Below, in pieces: positions 11,467 to 21,477 of a DNA stretch of 39,916 nt. The position numbers were made by a program, and so were the translations under genes. The notes below the pieces were generated by a model that saw only the letters and a program-made list of their open reading frames with translations, was not told the origin of the DNA and made no database searches. Origin of the DNA: Ascoidea asiatica JCM 7603 (taxonomy: Eukaryota; Fungi; Ascomycota); the NCBI GenBank assembly GCA_001600695.1, contig BCKQ01000002.1, forward strand, positions 1,980,935 through 2,020,850, written 5' to 3'. Position 1 is the first letter of the stretch; every line of letters starts with the position of its first letter.

Positions 11467-12261
11467 ATGAATTGGAATACCTTCATACTATCTTTACTTC
11501 TTCATCTTAATATTTTTTTATTCAAAATCAATGCCGATGGTAATGAAGATGGAAATCCAGATCATGAAGCTGATATAACTGATGATCCAACAAAGGCTTC
11601 AACAATATTATTTGAAAAATGTCCACAAGATTTATCTTGGCAAGAATGGCATATGATTCAAGAACATAATATAGATAATTTTGATCCAGAAAGTTTTTTT
11701 CATCTACATACAACTGAAAATAAAGATTTTTTATTAATGTCAGATATTTTAAATCTTTATGGTTTAAAAAGAGATAAAGTTGTTGGTAAAGGTGATGGTA
11801 TGGGTGCTCATGATAATTCAGAAAGTATTTTAAATGAAAATAAAAAACAAGTACTTGATACAATTTTAAAAATGATGGATTTAAATGATGATAAAAAAAT
11901 TTCTTTAAATGAATGGATGAATTTTTTCTCAAATAAAGATTCAAATGGTAATGATAATAATTTACCTGATTTTGGTTTAGGTCCCGGTCATCATTATGAA
12001 GATTTTGAATATGAATATGAAGTTCATCATTGGAATCAATATCATTCAAATGATGATCCTGATGTAAATATTCAACATAAAGAAGATATTGAACATGAAT
12101 TATTACATCATGAACATGAATTAGATCATTCTGATTATGATTCTTCAATTGATAATAATGATGATCATGAAAATAAAATTTTAGTTAACTTAAATCAACA
12201 TCATTTAAATAATCATATCAATCTATTAAATGTTCCTAAATCTTATCGCTTTCTTCAATAA
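11467..12261 (+). CDS. SSP120: Secretory-pathway EF-hand protein Ssp120
   Basis: Signal peptide, WQEWHMIQEHNIDNFDPESFFHLH, GKGDGMGAHD, EF-hand MDLNDDKKISLNEW, LPDFGLGPGHH, EYEVHHW, HKEDIEHELLHH. Confidence 0.93.
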   Translation: MNWNTFILSLLLHLNIFLFKINADGNEDGNPDHEADITDDPTKASTILFEKCPQDLSWQEWHMIQEHNIDNFDPESFFHLHTTENKDFLLMSDILNLYGLKRDKVVGKGDGMGAHDNSESILNENKKQVLDTILKMMDLNDDKKISLNEWMNFFSNKDSNGNDNNLPDFGLGPGHHYEDFEYEYEVHHWNQYHSNDDPDVNIQHKEDIEHELLHHEHELDHSDYDSSIDNNDDHENKILVNLNQHHLNNHINLLNVPKSYRFLQ

Positions 12262-13237
12262 TTCTTTTATTAATCTAAATACAATGAATATAATTTTAGA
12301 ATTAATTTCTCCTTTATTGTTCTTACTTCTTATAATGTTCTTACTAATTCTATTAATTTTCCTAATATACCTCTCAATTTTTTATAAATTATATTTAAAT
12401 TTATACTAATCTCAATAAATAATTATTCTCTCATTTGCAATAAAAAATTTCATTATCTTTTATTTCAGAGTATTGTTTCCAAACAAAATATTTTTGAAAG
12501 AAGATTGAAATCAAAAAAACTTTGATCAATTGGAGCATGGAATTATTTTAATTTTTTCAACACACTTCGAATTACCTATTTCTTGTTTTATTCTTTTCAA
12601 TTTAAGAACGATTATATCAACAAGGTTTTGTTTCTATAATACAGTCTTCATTTACTTAAACTTCTTTCTTTTCCAAACCAAACTATTTACAAACTAAAAA
12701 TTTAAGTGAAATTTAACTGCTTCCATTAAAAATAAAGTTCAAGGTTTAAATTGTAGGGGTAATCATTAAATGTAAAGAAGCATAAAAGTACCTTAGGTTT
12801 TATTTACTGCATATTGTTTACATATTATTTTGAATTTAAACTATTTCCGTTTTTTGAATTTAATTCCTTTTTTGGGAAATTCCGGCTTATGAATTCCGGC
12901 CAAAAAACATATGCATTTATATGTTACTGGATGTACAATGTACATCCAGCAAAACCACGATTGGGGATCGTGACACGAAAATCTCTGAAATCCAAACGTA
13001 AAGACGCAATTCTCTATTATTTGTCAATTAGTTTTATTTATATTTATATTTCATCCAAATTAATCAAAATATAAACAACAAAATATATCAAATATATCAA
13101 TATTAAGAAATAAAATCAGAAAATATTTAATATACATCATATAAGTAAATAAGGAAGTGGGCAATAATTCATCTTTATAACAATATTAAAAACTATAATA
13201 ATAAGTATAAAAAGAAATTTAAATATCAATGTTATGA

Positions 13238-15538
13238 ATGAATTATCACAATAGTAATAATATTAAAAATAATAATCATAATAATAAGTTTATAAATAAT
13301 AATAATAATATAAAGTTAAAAAAAAATGATAATAATATTGAAAATACTATTCCAGATTCAAAAAGATACGATGATCTAAAAACGTCTTTGAATAACATAA
13401 TGAATATCCATAAATATCAATTAAAACCATCGAGAAATAATATATCGACAGGTGAAAAAACTAATCAAACACTTAATTCAAAAAAAAATATAAAATTGAA
13501 CAATTTCAATAAAATTAGTAAAATAAAATTGAATAATGACAAAATTTCAACTATTTTAGGTGATCCTTTACCTTTGCTTTATAACACATCCAAGCCAAAT
13601 AATAATAACAGTATTAATAATAATGATAAAAATAGTAATAGTAATATCAATGCCAATGCTAATAATTTATATTCCCATGATATTCATAAAAAAGTCAATG
13701 AAAAAAAATTAAATACTCATCCATTTAATTTACCTAAAAAAGTTAAAATCAATAATTTTACCACAGTCAATTCACTTCAACCTACTCGTAATAAAATTGA
13801 AGCAAACATTCCTATCACAAATGAAAATAATCAAATATACAATACTAATGAAAAAACTAACAAAAGTAATTACATCAGTAACATAGATAAAGAAAAAAAG
13901 ATTTTATTCGATAAAGATTCATTAGTTAATTTTTTGAATAACAGATATAATTCAAACTCAACTCTTTTCAATAAACTTTCAAATAATTATACTAAACCCT
14001 CCAAAGCCTCGATTAATCAGCATTCAAATAAAAATAGTGCTAGTAATAAAAATGTTAACAACGTTCTTGACTATCATTTAAATAATCAAAGTGATAACAC
14101 TAATAATAATAATTATAATCATAATAACATTAATAGTAAAAATACTCGACCTTTATCAAGAGAATCAATTATGAATAAAAAAATTGAATTCAATAAAAAA
14201 TCTATTCAACAAAATTATATTAATCAAAATTTAAAAAAAAAAATTATCAATAATGATATTTATAAAAATACTAATAATAATAAAAGTATCACTAATGATC
14301 AAAAAGTGAAATCCGAAAAACAAAAAAATATTAGCTTGAATAATTTGAAAAATGAAATCACAAATGATATTAAACTGGAAATCAAAAACGACATTCAAAA
14401 TGATATACGGAATGATTTACAATTTCAAATTCATGATATTTTTCAACAATTGAAAGATACCATCAATCAAAATACAAACCATTATAATAAAAAAAATAAT
14501 GAGAATAATGATAGTAATAGAAATAACTTTATCGAAGAAACTGATATTGAAGATCATAGCCTCGATGATTCTGAAGTTATTCAAGATATAATTAATCAAA
14601 GTAATCATCAATTGTATAATAAAAATGATCTTTCAAATGATTCCTTTGCTAATTCTTCAAATACAAATCAATCTCTAATTAACAATTCTTTGAATAAAGC
14701 ATCATCAATCAAGAATTCTTTAACTAAGAATCAACACCAAACAGAAACCAAAATTAATGAAAATACTGATAATGTTGATAATGGTAAAACTCAAACTAAA
14801 TTTTCTAAGACGGAGACCTTAAGTGAAACTGAATTGATTTATTTGAAGAAATTTTTAAAAGACATTATAAATCAAACAGAAAAAAATTTTGATAAAAAAA
14901 ATGACAAGAAATCAAATAGTAAAGTTGAAAATGACATTGAAAATACCAAAAAGAAAGGTACTATTGAAAGTAATAATAATAATATTCTTGATAATAATAG
15001 TAATAATTTCAATAATAATATTTTGAGTGATTCAAATCATAATAACTCAGAAGATCTCATTAATTTCACCAATTTTATCAACTCAGTTGATTTTAAATCA
15101 AACTCTGAAATAGACTTAGATTTAAATTCAAATTCCCAATTACAATCAACTAGAATCGGAGGTGATTCAACGTATGATATATCATATAGTGATACTATAG
15201 AAACTAGTAAAGATAAAACGAAAGATGAGAAAATAATTGAAAAAAATGAAAAAAATGAAAAAAATATTAAAAATATCAAAAACACTAAAAATTTCAAAAA
15301 CAAGAAAATACTTGATAGAAGTTTTAGTTTAAATTTCAAAAAAGTTTCTGAAAAGTTTATGATTTTATTAGGATATATTTACTCATTTCTAATTAATAAT
15401 AAAATAATATTATTTATCTTGATTGGACTTTTAGTGAATTATTTATATTCATTGATATTTAATTATGACAAAGATTTCAATTATTATAAAAAATTGTTAG
15501 AGGAAGAGGAGGATGATGATGACTTTTTTTATTTTTAA
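13238..15538 (+). CDS. Asn-rich, largely disordered protein with short coiled coil and C-terminal membrane segment(s)
   Basis: 766-aa ORF. Hydrophobic FMILLGYIYSFL..KIILFILIGLLVNYLYSLIF near the end, followed by an acidic/aromatic tail. No family recognised. Confidence 0.75.
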   Translation: MNYHNSNNIKNNNHNNKFINNNNNIKLKKNDNNIENTIPDSKRYDDLKTSLNNIMNIHKYQLKPSRNNISTGEKTNQTLNSKKNIKLNNFNKISKIKLNNDKISTILGDPLPLLYNTSKPNNNNSINNNDKNSNSNINANANNLYSHDIHKKVNEKKLNTHPFNLPKKVKINNFTTVNSLQPTRNKIEANIPITNENNQIYNTNEKTNKSNYISNIDKEKKILFDKDSLVNFLNNRYNSNSTLFNKLSNNYTKPSKASINQHSNKNSASNKNVNNVLDYHLNNQSDNTNNNNYNHNNINSKNTRPLSRESIMNKKIEFNKKSIQQNYINQNLKKKIINNDIYKNTNNNKSITNDQKVKSEKQKNISLNNLKNEITNDIKLEIKNDIQNDIRNDLQFQIHDIFQQLKDTINQNTNHYNKKNNENNDSNRNNFIEETDIEDHSLDDSEVIQDIINQSNHQLYNKNDLSNDSFANSSNTNQSLINNSLNKASSIKNSLTKNQHQTETKINENTDNVDNGKTQTKFSKTETLSETELIYLKKFLKDIINQTEKNFDKKNDKKSNSKVENDIENTKKKGTIESNNNNILDNNSNNFNNNILSDSNHNNSEDLINFTNFINSVDFKSNSEIDLDLNSNSQLQSTRIGGDSTYDISYSDTIETSKDKTKDEKIIEKNEKNEKNIKNIKNTKNFKNKKILDRSFSLNFKKVSEKFMILLGYIYSFLINNKIILFILIGLLVNYLYSLIFNYDKDFNYYKKLLEEEEDDDDFFYF

Positions 15539-15936
15539 TTTTTTTTCTCTTACTTTACAATTTATCATTTGACTATAGATTTTTTTTTATTTTCTTCTAT
15601 TTTAAGTTTCTTTTTAAATTTCTTTATTAGTTTCTTTAAATTTTCTTATTTGCTATGTTGTATTTATTATGATTTTTTTTTTTATCTTATTTGCTTTGTT
15701 TTTTTTTATTAAAAGTTGTTAATTTATTGTATATTTTAATTTGCTAAAATTCTAAGGACTGTTCTATTTTTTTTTCTCAAATATTTGTATATTAGTATCA
15801 ATATAATAATAGGCTATTAAAATTCAAATCCTCCATTAAATTATTTACAAGAATGTAGAGTACATTTAGAATAAATTTTATTACATTTGTTATTTTTTTG
15901 ATTCTTTTTTTTTGTTTTTTTTTAATTTTTTTTAAA

Positions 15937-16506
15937 TTATTCATCATAATCATTAGCAGGAGGTAATGCATAATCCTTTCGCATATATAAATCAATTGCA
16001 GCACCAAAAGCAGCAAACCCAGCACAACCAACCAATGCATTAGTTGGACCAGTTTTCATAGCAAGTCCACCACCAGTAACACAACCAGCACCAACTCCAT
16101 TCCATATATCATTCTTTGCTCTTAGACTCTCAATACAACATTCAACCCCAGAATAAATTGCACCTATGTAACCAAAATTTTTAGCAGATGAGTACATTTT
16201 TTTACCCATATCAGAAAACTGAATCTTCATTTGTTGTTTGAAAGGTAAATCAGCATATTTCATACCAGGAGAAACTCCTCCTCCTATTCCTCCACCGGGC
16301 ACATCATAAGCCATAGAAGCCATAAATAATCCAAAGAAACCACCTAGAAAAAAACCAGATACACCTGCAAATACAAATTTACCTGGACATGATTGTGTAA
16401 AACCGATGACAGAATTAGCTATTGCCTCTCCCTGTTCCTCAGGAGTAAGCTCATTAAATGATTTGTCAGTCTTTATCTGACTGTACAATCCAAGACCAGG
16501 TGCCAT
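15937..16506 (-). CDS. TIM22: Mitochondrial inner-membrane translocase subunit Tim22
   Basis: [75 protein letters not shown]. Confidence 0.97.
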   Translation of the reverse strand: MAPGLGLYSQIKTDKSFNELTPEEQGEAIANSVIGFTQSCPGKFVFAGVSGFFLGGFFGLFMASMAYDVPGGGIGGGVSPGMKYADLPFKQQMKIQFSDMGKKMYSSAKNFGYIGAIYSGVECCIESLRAKNDIWNGVGAGCVTGGGLAMKTGPTNALVGCAGFAAFGAAIDLYMRKDYALPPANDYDE

Positions 16507-17015
16507 AATATCGTAAGATCAGTAATTCAAGTAAAAACTCTTTCTTCAATTCAATAGCTTTGGGGTTTTACATGAGTTCTTCGAAATAAAATTCAAAGCT
16601 TTCATGTCTTTCAAATCAGCTCAAATTTCTAAATTTGCATTTGAATAAATCTAAATTCAATCAAATCCAAATACGGCAATAGAAAACATTTATATTTCCG
16701 GTAATCACATGATATGGTCGTAATTCAAACCAAAAAGTATTGCTGTTTCTGATTTGAAATAAATTTATGTCAAAAGCTCAGTGGTTTTGTTTAAGATGTA
16801 AAGTTATATTATTTTAATGAATATTAATGAAAACTTTCTGAAACTATCCCCTAATTATCCAAATAAATAGTAATAATCTCTTAGATCATTCAAATAAACT
16901 ATACCTAAGATTCAAATTAGGCTTTGCTACTGTTTTTCAGCTCTTAAAGTCGATTTATATTGAATGAAACTCGTTTATAGCTTCTATAAAATTAGGTGAT
17001 CTAATTTCCATTTTA

Positions 17016-20000
17016 ATGTGGCCATCAAAATCAAATCAAGGTGTTCAGTTAACTTATGGAATTGATATAAATTCTTATTACTTAAATAGCAATTCTTTAT
17101 CTCAAAATAATGATCAGAATAATGATCGAAATAAGGCTAAAAATATTTCCGATTTTTCTTTTTTGAAGCCAAGATTTACTGATTCTATAAATAATTTAAA
17201 TTTATTCAAAATCAATTATTCTTTAAAAAGATTGATTTCTCCACAAACTAATATAAATCAAAGTAATCTCACAAATAATGAAGAGTTTCCAAATAGTAAA
17301 GTCAATTCAAATTCTAGTTTGAATTTAAACTCTTTAAACAACAGTTATAATAACAATAATAATATCACTTACAACTTTATACCGAGAGATATAATTAAGA
17401 ATTTTAATAAAGAATCAAATAATTTAAATTCAAATTTTTTATATGATCCAACAATAGAAACTCTACTAAAAACTTATGATTTTAAAATTTATTCAAACTT
17501 TACTAAAAACTTTTTATTTCAAAAAAAAATTTCACCAAATAATCCAATTTTATTACAAAATCAATTCAAATTATTAGCTTATGTTTCAAATTCTAATTAT
17601 TCACATTTGAATTTATCTTTATTAATTTATAAAAAAAATTCAATTATTAATATTCCTTCAAATTCTAACAATGATAATCAAAATAAAAATGGTAAAGAAT
17701 ATAATTCAAAACATTTAAAAAATAAGAAAATTTATTTAAATTTACCAAAATTATTCATAAATAATACAAATCAAATTTCAAATAATATTCAAATTAATCT
17801 AAATAATAATAAAATCAAACAAATTGAATTTAGTAATAATTCAAATACAAATGAATCTAATAGTTCTCTTAAATGTTATTTATTAATAAGAACTGATTCA
17901 ATAATTTATATATTCAAAATATTATTAATACCATATAAAAATTCAATTAAATGTCAATTAATTAATAAATTAAAAATATCTGATACAAAAGGATTCAATA
18001 ATTTAAACTTGATTTATACATATGTTAATTTCAATCCTTTCAAAAAAAATCAATTTATAACTTTGAATTCAAATTTACAATTTAATATTTATAACATTAA
18101 AGATTTTAATCTTTCAACTTTATCTAAATTAAACTTAGTTAAAAATAATGTACCTATAGATTTTATAAGTAATTCAAAAATTTCAAATCTTTCAAATTTC
18201 AAAAAAATCTATTGGGGTAATAATTCTTTACAATTATTAATTTTAACAAGATCATTAATTTATCAGATTGATTTGAATGAAATTAGAAATATAAATAATA
18301 AAAAAAAAATATATTATGATTTTAAATTAAATGAATTAGTATCTTTTAATAATAAAAATTGGTCAGAATTAAGAGATTTCCAAATATCAGATAAAAATCC
18401 GAATTATGCTTTTTTATTAACTTCAAAAGAACTAATTTGTGTTAAATTCAATGATTATAATAATCCTATTAATTTAAAAAATTCAAACAAAAAAAAAACA
18501 GATAAAGTATCAAATAATACTACTTCCTCTAATTCTAATTCTAATTCTAATTCTAGTTCAGATTCGGATGATGAATCTAATTCAGATCAAAATTCTTCAA
18601 ATAATGATTCAGAAAACGATTTTAAACCTTCTTTCAATAGATTAATTTCTTGGAAACATTTTCTTGATTATGAAGATATTTCTTTGAAATTTTCAATTGC
18701 GAACACTTTCAACTCTGATGAATTTCTAATTTTAGTTTATTCTCATTGTCATAACTTAAATTTTATTTATCAATTCCAGAAAATCAATTTAAATAACAAT
18801 GATAATAATTTATCAAATGATCTAAAAGAACCTGAAAATATTAACAATAAAAAAGAACTAATACAATTGATTAATCAACCATATTATATAATTTCAAATT
18901 TAAATTCTATTTCTCAAAACATTCAATTATTTGAATTTTCAAAAGTAGATATGAATTATGTTAAATATTCGAATAAAAATTTAAGACCAAGACTACCGAG
19001 AAAATCAAAAATAATCTCAAATGATTTTATTCTAGATTCAGATTTGGAAGCAAATGAATACGTTTTGGAAAAAGACCAAAATTATAAATTTAAAACCAAT
19101 ACAGAGTTTGGTATTCAAAATGAACTAAATTCCTTGGCCTTGAATAATTTAATTCACAAAGATGACGAATTTTATGTTGATACACACAATATTGAGCATT
19201 ATAAAAGTAATTACCAAGATTTAGATAATAATGATTTAAATAGTGATAATGTTGAGAGTGACGTTGAAAATGATATAGAAAATAATGATAAAGATGAAAA
19301 TTCTATAAGTAAAGATCAAACTTTGAAAAAGATAAATGAAACTAAAATCAGTAATTTGAAAAAAATTCAGGAGGTTGTTAATGAAGACAAAATAACAAAA
19401 GAAGAAGAGAATATAAATAATAGTAATGATGATAATTCAGGGAACAACTTAAAGGCTTCAGATTCGGATGAAAATGACAGTGATTTATCTAAAAGTTTGG
19501 TATCTGAAGAAGAAAGTGAAAATATTTCAGATGCTGATAACGAAAGTTCAGAAAATGGGTTTTCTTCAGACTCATCTTCAGAATTTTCATCTTATGCTTT
19601 TTCTGATAATGCTGACTATCTTGAAGAAAGTAGCGATGAATCTAGTAATAAAACAGAATTCACTCAAAATGAAAGATTCTTCGCTCTTTATCAAATTTCT
19701 AACGAGTTAGAAATTACAAGAACTTTATACGCAACAGAACCAAATAATGTAATATCAAAATATAAAGATTTAATGATTAATACCGAATCGAATTATTCTA
19801 GTAAAAAGGCTCTTTCTACTTTTCATGAACTAAATATAACAAGTTCGCCAGAAAAGGATTCATATTCTAAAGATCATGTTAATTCACCTTATGATTTAGG
19901 TAATACTAGTATTCGTATGTTGGTTGCTAATGGTCAAAAACTAACTCCTTTTTTGAAAGTTTTATTTTCAAGGAAAAACAATTTGCTTTACGAAAAGTTA

Positions 20001-21125
20001 TTCAACTTTGAATTTTTTAGTGAATCAATTTGTAAGCAAAATTCCAGATTAACACAATTGAATGATAATCAATTAAAAAATATTATTCTCAAAGCCTTCA
20101 GTGAAAATAAACAGATTCATTCTTCTCAAAAAAGTCAAGTGAATAGTGAACAAAATTGTAATGATACTTCATTAGAATTAGACAAATTAGTTTCATCCCC
20201 TTTGAGACCGAGAAAACAATCTTTCAATGAAACATTTGATGTGTCTTTTAACGCTACTCAAAAAGTTTTAAGTTCTTTTTTGGAAACTCAACAAGATCCA
20301 GATGATATTCAAGATACTTATAAATCTTGTTCTTACTCTCTCCTTGAAATTTTAAGTAAAGAAATCGATGTGGCTACTTTTATTGAAGATTTTGATCTAA
20401 TTGATACAAAACTCGATAATCTTATTGACTATCTTTTAGAAGAAGAAGATTATTTCATTGTTGTGAACAACATTTCCCGAAATTCTAGTATATTTAAATT
20501 CGATTTTTCAGAAAATCTGAAAAAGCCATCTATTTTGGCAATTTATAATCATTTGTGTGAATTGTGGAGGTTCAAAAAGCTTTCAAAATTTTTTTCTTAC
20601 TATGATACATTTTTCAAACAAATTGCAATTAATATTGGTCTTTCTATGGTTGTCATTAAGAGTAGAGACAAGTCTGAAATAATGTTATATAATAGGCCAG
20701 CTGATGAAGTTGAAAAGGATTATTCTGTTATATGTAAAGATAAAGCTGACAGCTTAAATATATCTTCCAAATTACGCTCAGTCTTAGATTTATGGGACGA
20801 TGATTCTGATCAAGAAAATGAAATAGAAAAACTTTCAAATAACTTAAACAACAAATATGCATCATTTTCACAACCAAGTTTTATGGCCGATTCATTACCC
20901 ACAATTTCTGTATCCCAGCAGATTCCGCCTAGTTTTGATTTTAATGTCCCTACAATCAATTCTCAGTTCTCTTTTACTCAAGGTCGAGATATGGATTTTG
21001 GATCATCGCAAATGTTCAATAAAAGTTCTCAAGCATCACAAAAATTTGCTGCTTCCCAAATAGAAAGAGGTCCCTTTGGAGGATCTAAAAAAAGACGTAA
21101 AAAGAAAAAGGGAGGCTTTAACTGA
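17016..21125 (+). CDS. RRN6: RNA polymerase I core factor subunit Rrn6, expanded by low-complexity inserts
   Basis: N-terminal MWP..GVQLTYG; propeller-region motifs IRT, FNP, WSELRDF, FLLTSKEL, ISWKHFLD..DISL; SQ-rich C-terminus ending KKRRKKKKGGF. Confidence 0.85.
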   Translation: MWPSKSNQGVQLTYGIDINSYYLNSNSLSQNNDQNNDRNKAKNISDFSFLKPRFTDSINNLNLFKINYSLKRLISPQTNINQSNLTNNEEFPNSKVNSNSSLNLNSLNNSYNNNNNITYNFIPRDIIKNFNKESNNLNSNFLYDPTIETLLKTYDFKIYSNFTKNFLFQKKISPNNPILLQNQFKLLAYVSNSNYSHLNLSLLIYKKNSIINIPSNSNNDNQNKNGKEYNSKHLKNKKIYLNLPKLFINNTNQISNNIQINLNNNKIKQIEFSNNSNTNESNSSLKCYLLIRTDSIIYIFKILLIPYKNSIKCQLINKLKISDTKGFNNLNLIYTYVNFNPFKKNQFITLNSNLQFNIYNIKDFNLSTLSKLNLVKNNVPIDFISNSKISNLSNFKKIYWGNNSLQLLILTRSLIYQIDLNEIRNINNKKKIYYDFKLNELVSFNNKNWSELRDFQISDKNPNYAFLLTSKELICVKFNDYNNPINLKNSNKKKTDKVSNNTTSSNSNSNSNSSSDSDDESNSDQNSSNNDSENDFKPSFNRLISWKHFLDYEDISLKFSIANTFNSDEFLILVYSHCHNLNFIYQFQKINLNNNDNNLSNDLKEPENINNKKELIQLINQPYYIISNLNSISQNIQLFEFSKVDMNYVKYSNKNLRPRLPRKSKIISNDFILDSDLEANEYVLEKDQNYKFKTNTEFGIQNELNSLALNNLIHKDDEFYVDTHNIEHYKSNYQDLDNNDLNSDNVESDVENDIENNDKDENSISKDQTLKKINETKISNLKKIQEVVNEDKITKEEENINNSNDDNSGNNLKASDSDENDSDLSKSLVSEEESENISDADNESSENGFSSDSSSEFSSYAFSDNADYLEESSDESSNKTEFTQNERFFALYQISNELEITRTLYATEPNNVISKYKDLMINTESNYSSKKALSTFHELNITSSPEKDSYSKDHVNSPYDLGNTSIRMLVANGQKLTPFLKVLFSRKNNLLYEKLFNFEFFSESICKQNSRLTQLNDNQLKNIILKAFSENKQIHSSQKSQVNSEQNCNDTSLELDKLVSSPLRPRKQSFNETFDVSFNATQKVLSSFLETQQDPDDIQDTYKSCSYSLLEILSKEIDVATFIEDFDLIDTKLDNLIDYLLEEEDYFIVVNNISRNSSIFKFDFSENLKKPSILAIYNHLCELWRFKKLSKFFSYYDTFFKQIAINIGLSMVVIKSRDKSEIMLYNRPADEVEKDYSVICKDKADSLNISSKLRSVLDLWDDDSDQENEIEKLSNNLNNKYASFSQPSFMADSLPTISVSQQIPPSFDFNVPTINSQFSFTQGRDMDFGSSQMFNKSSQASQKFAASQIERGPFGGSKKRRKKKKGGFN

Positions 21126-21477
21126 ATTGAACTCTCTTTTAGATTGTATTTTTCGTTTCTCATATAGCATTCTTTTACGCAAAATAATATTTGTATTATA
21201 ATAAATTTAATTAGTAATGATTTCTTTCAATAAAAGAAGTAATTACAAAACATCAAAATATTTATTTGGAAAAAAAAATTAAAAAAAAGTTGAATAGAAA
21301 AGAGAAATTTTTGAACCTCCATCAGTACATATAAAATAAAAAAAATTCTTAACAGTCATGATTAAAACTATTATAAAATAGTTTTGCAAGTGAAAAAAAA
21401 AAAGTTTAGAAAGCACTCTAAAAAAAGAGTTATCTTTTGAAAAAATTCTAAATTGAGATATTTCAAAAAATAAAAAA

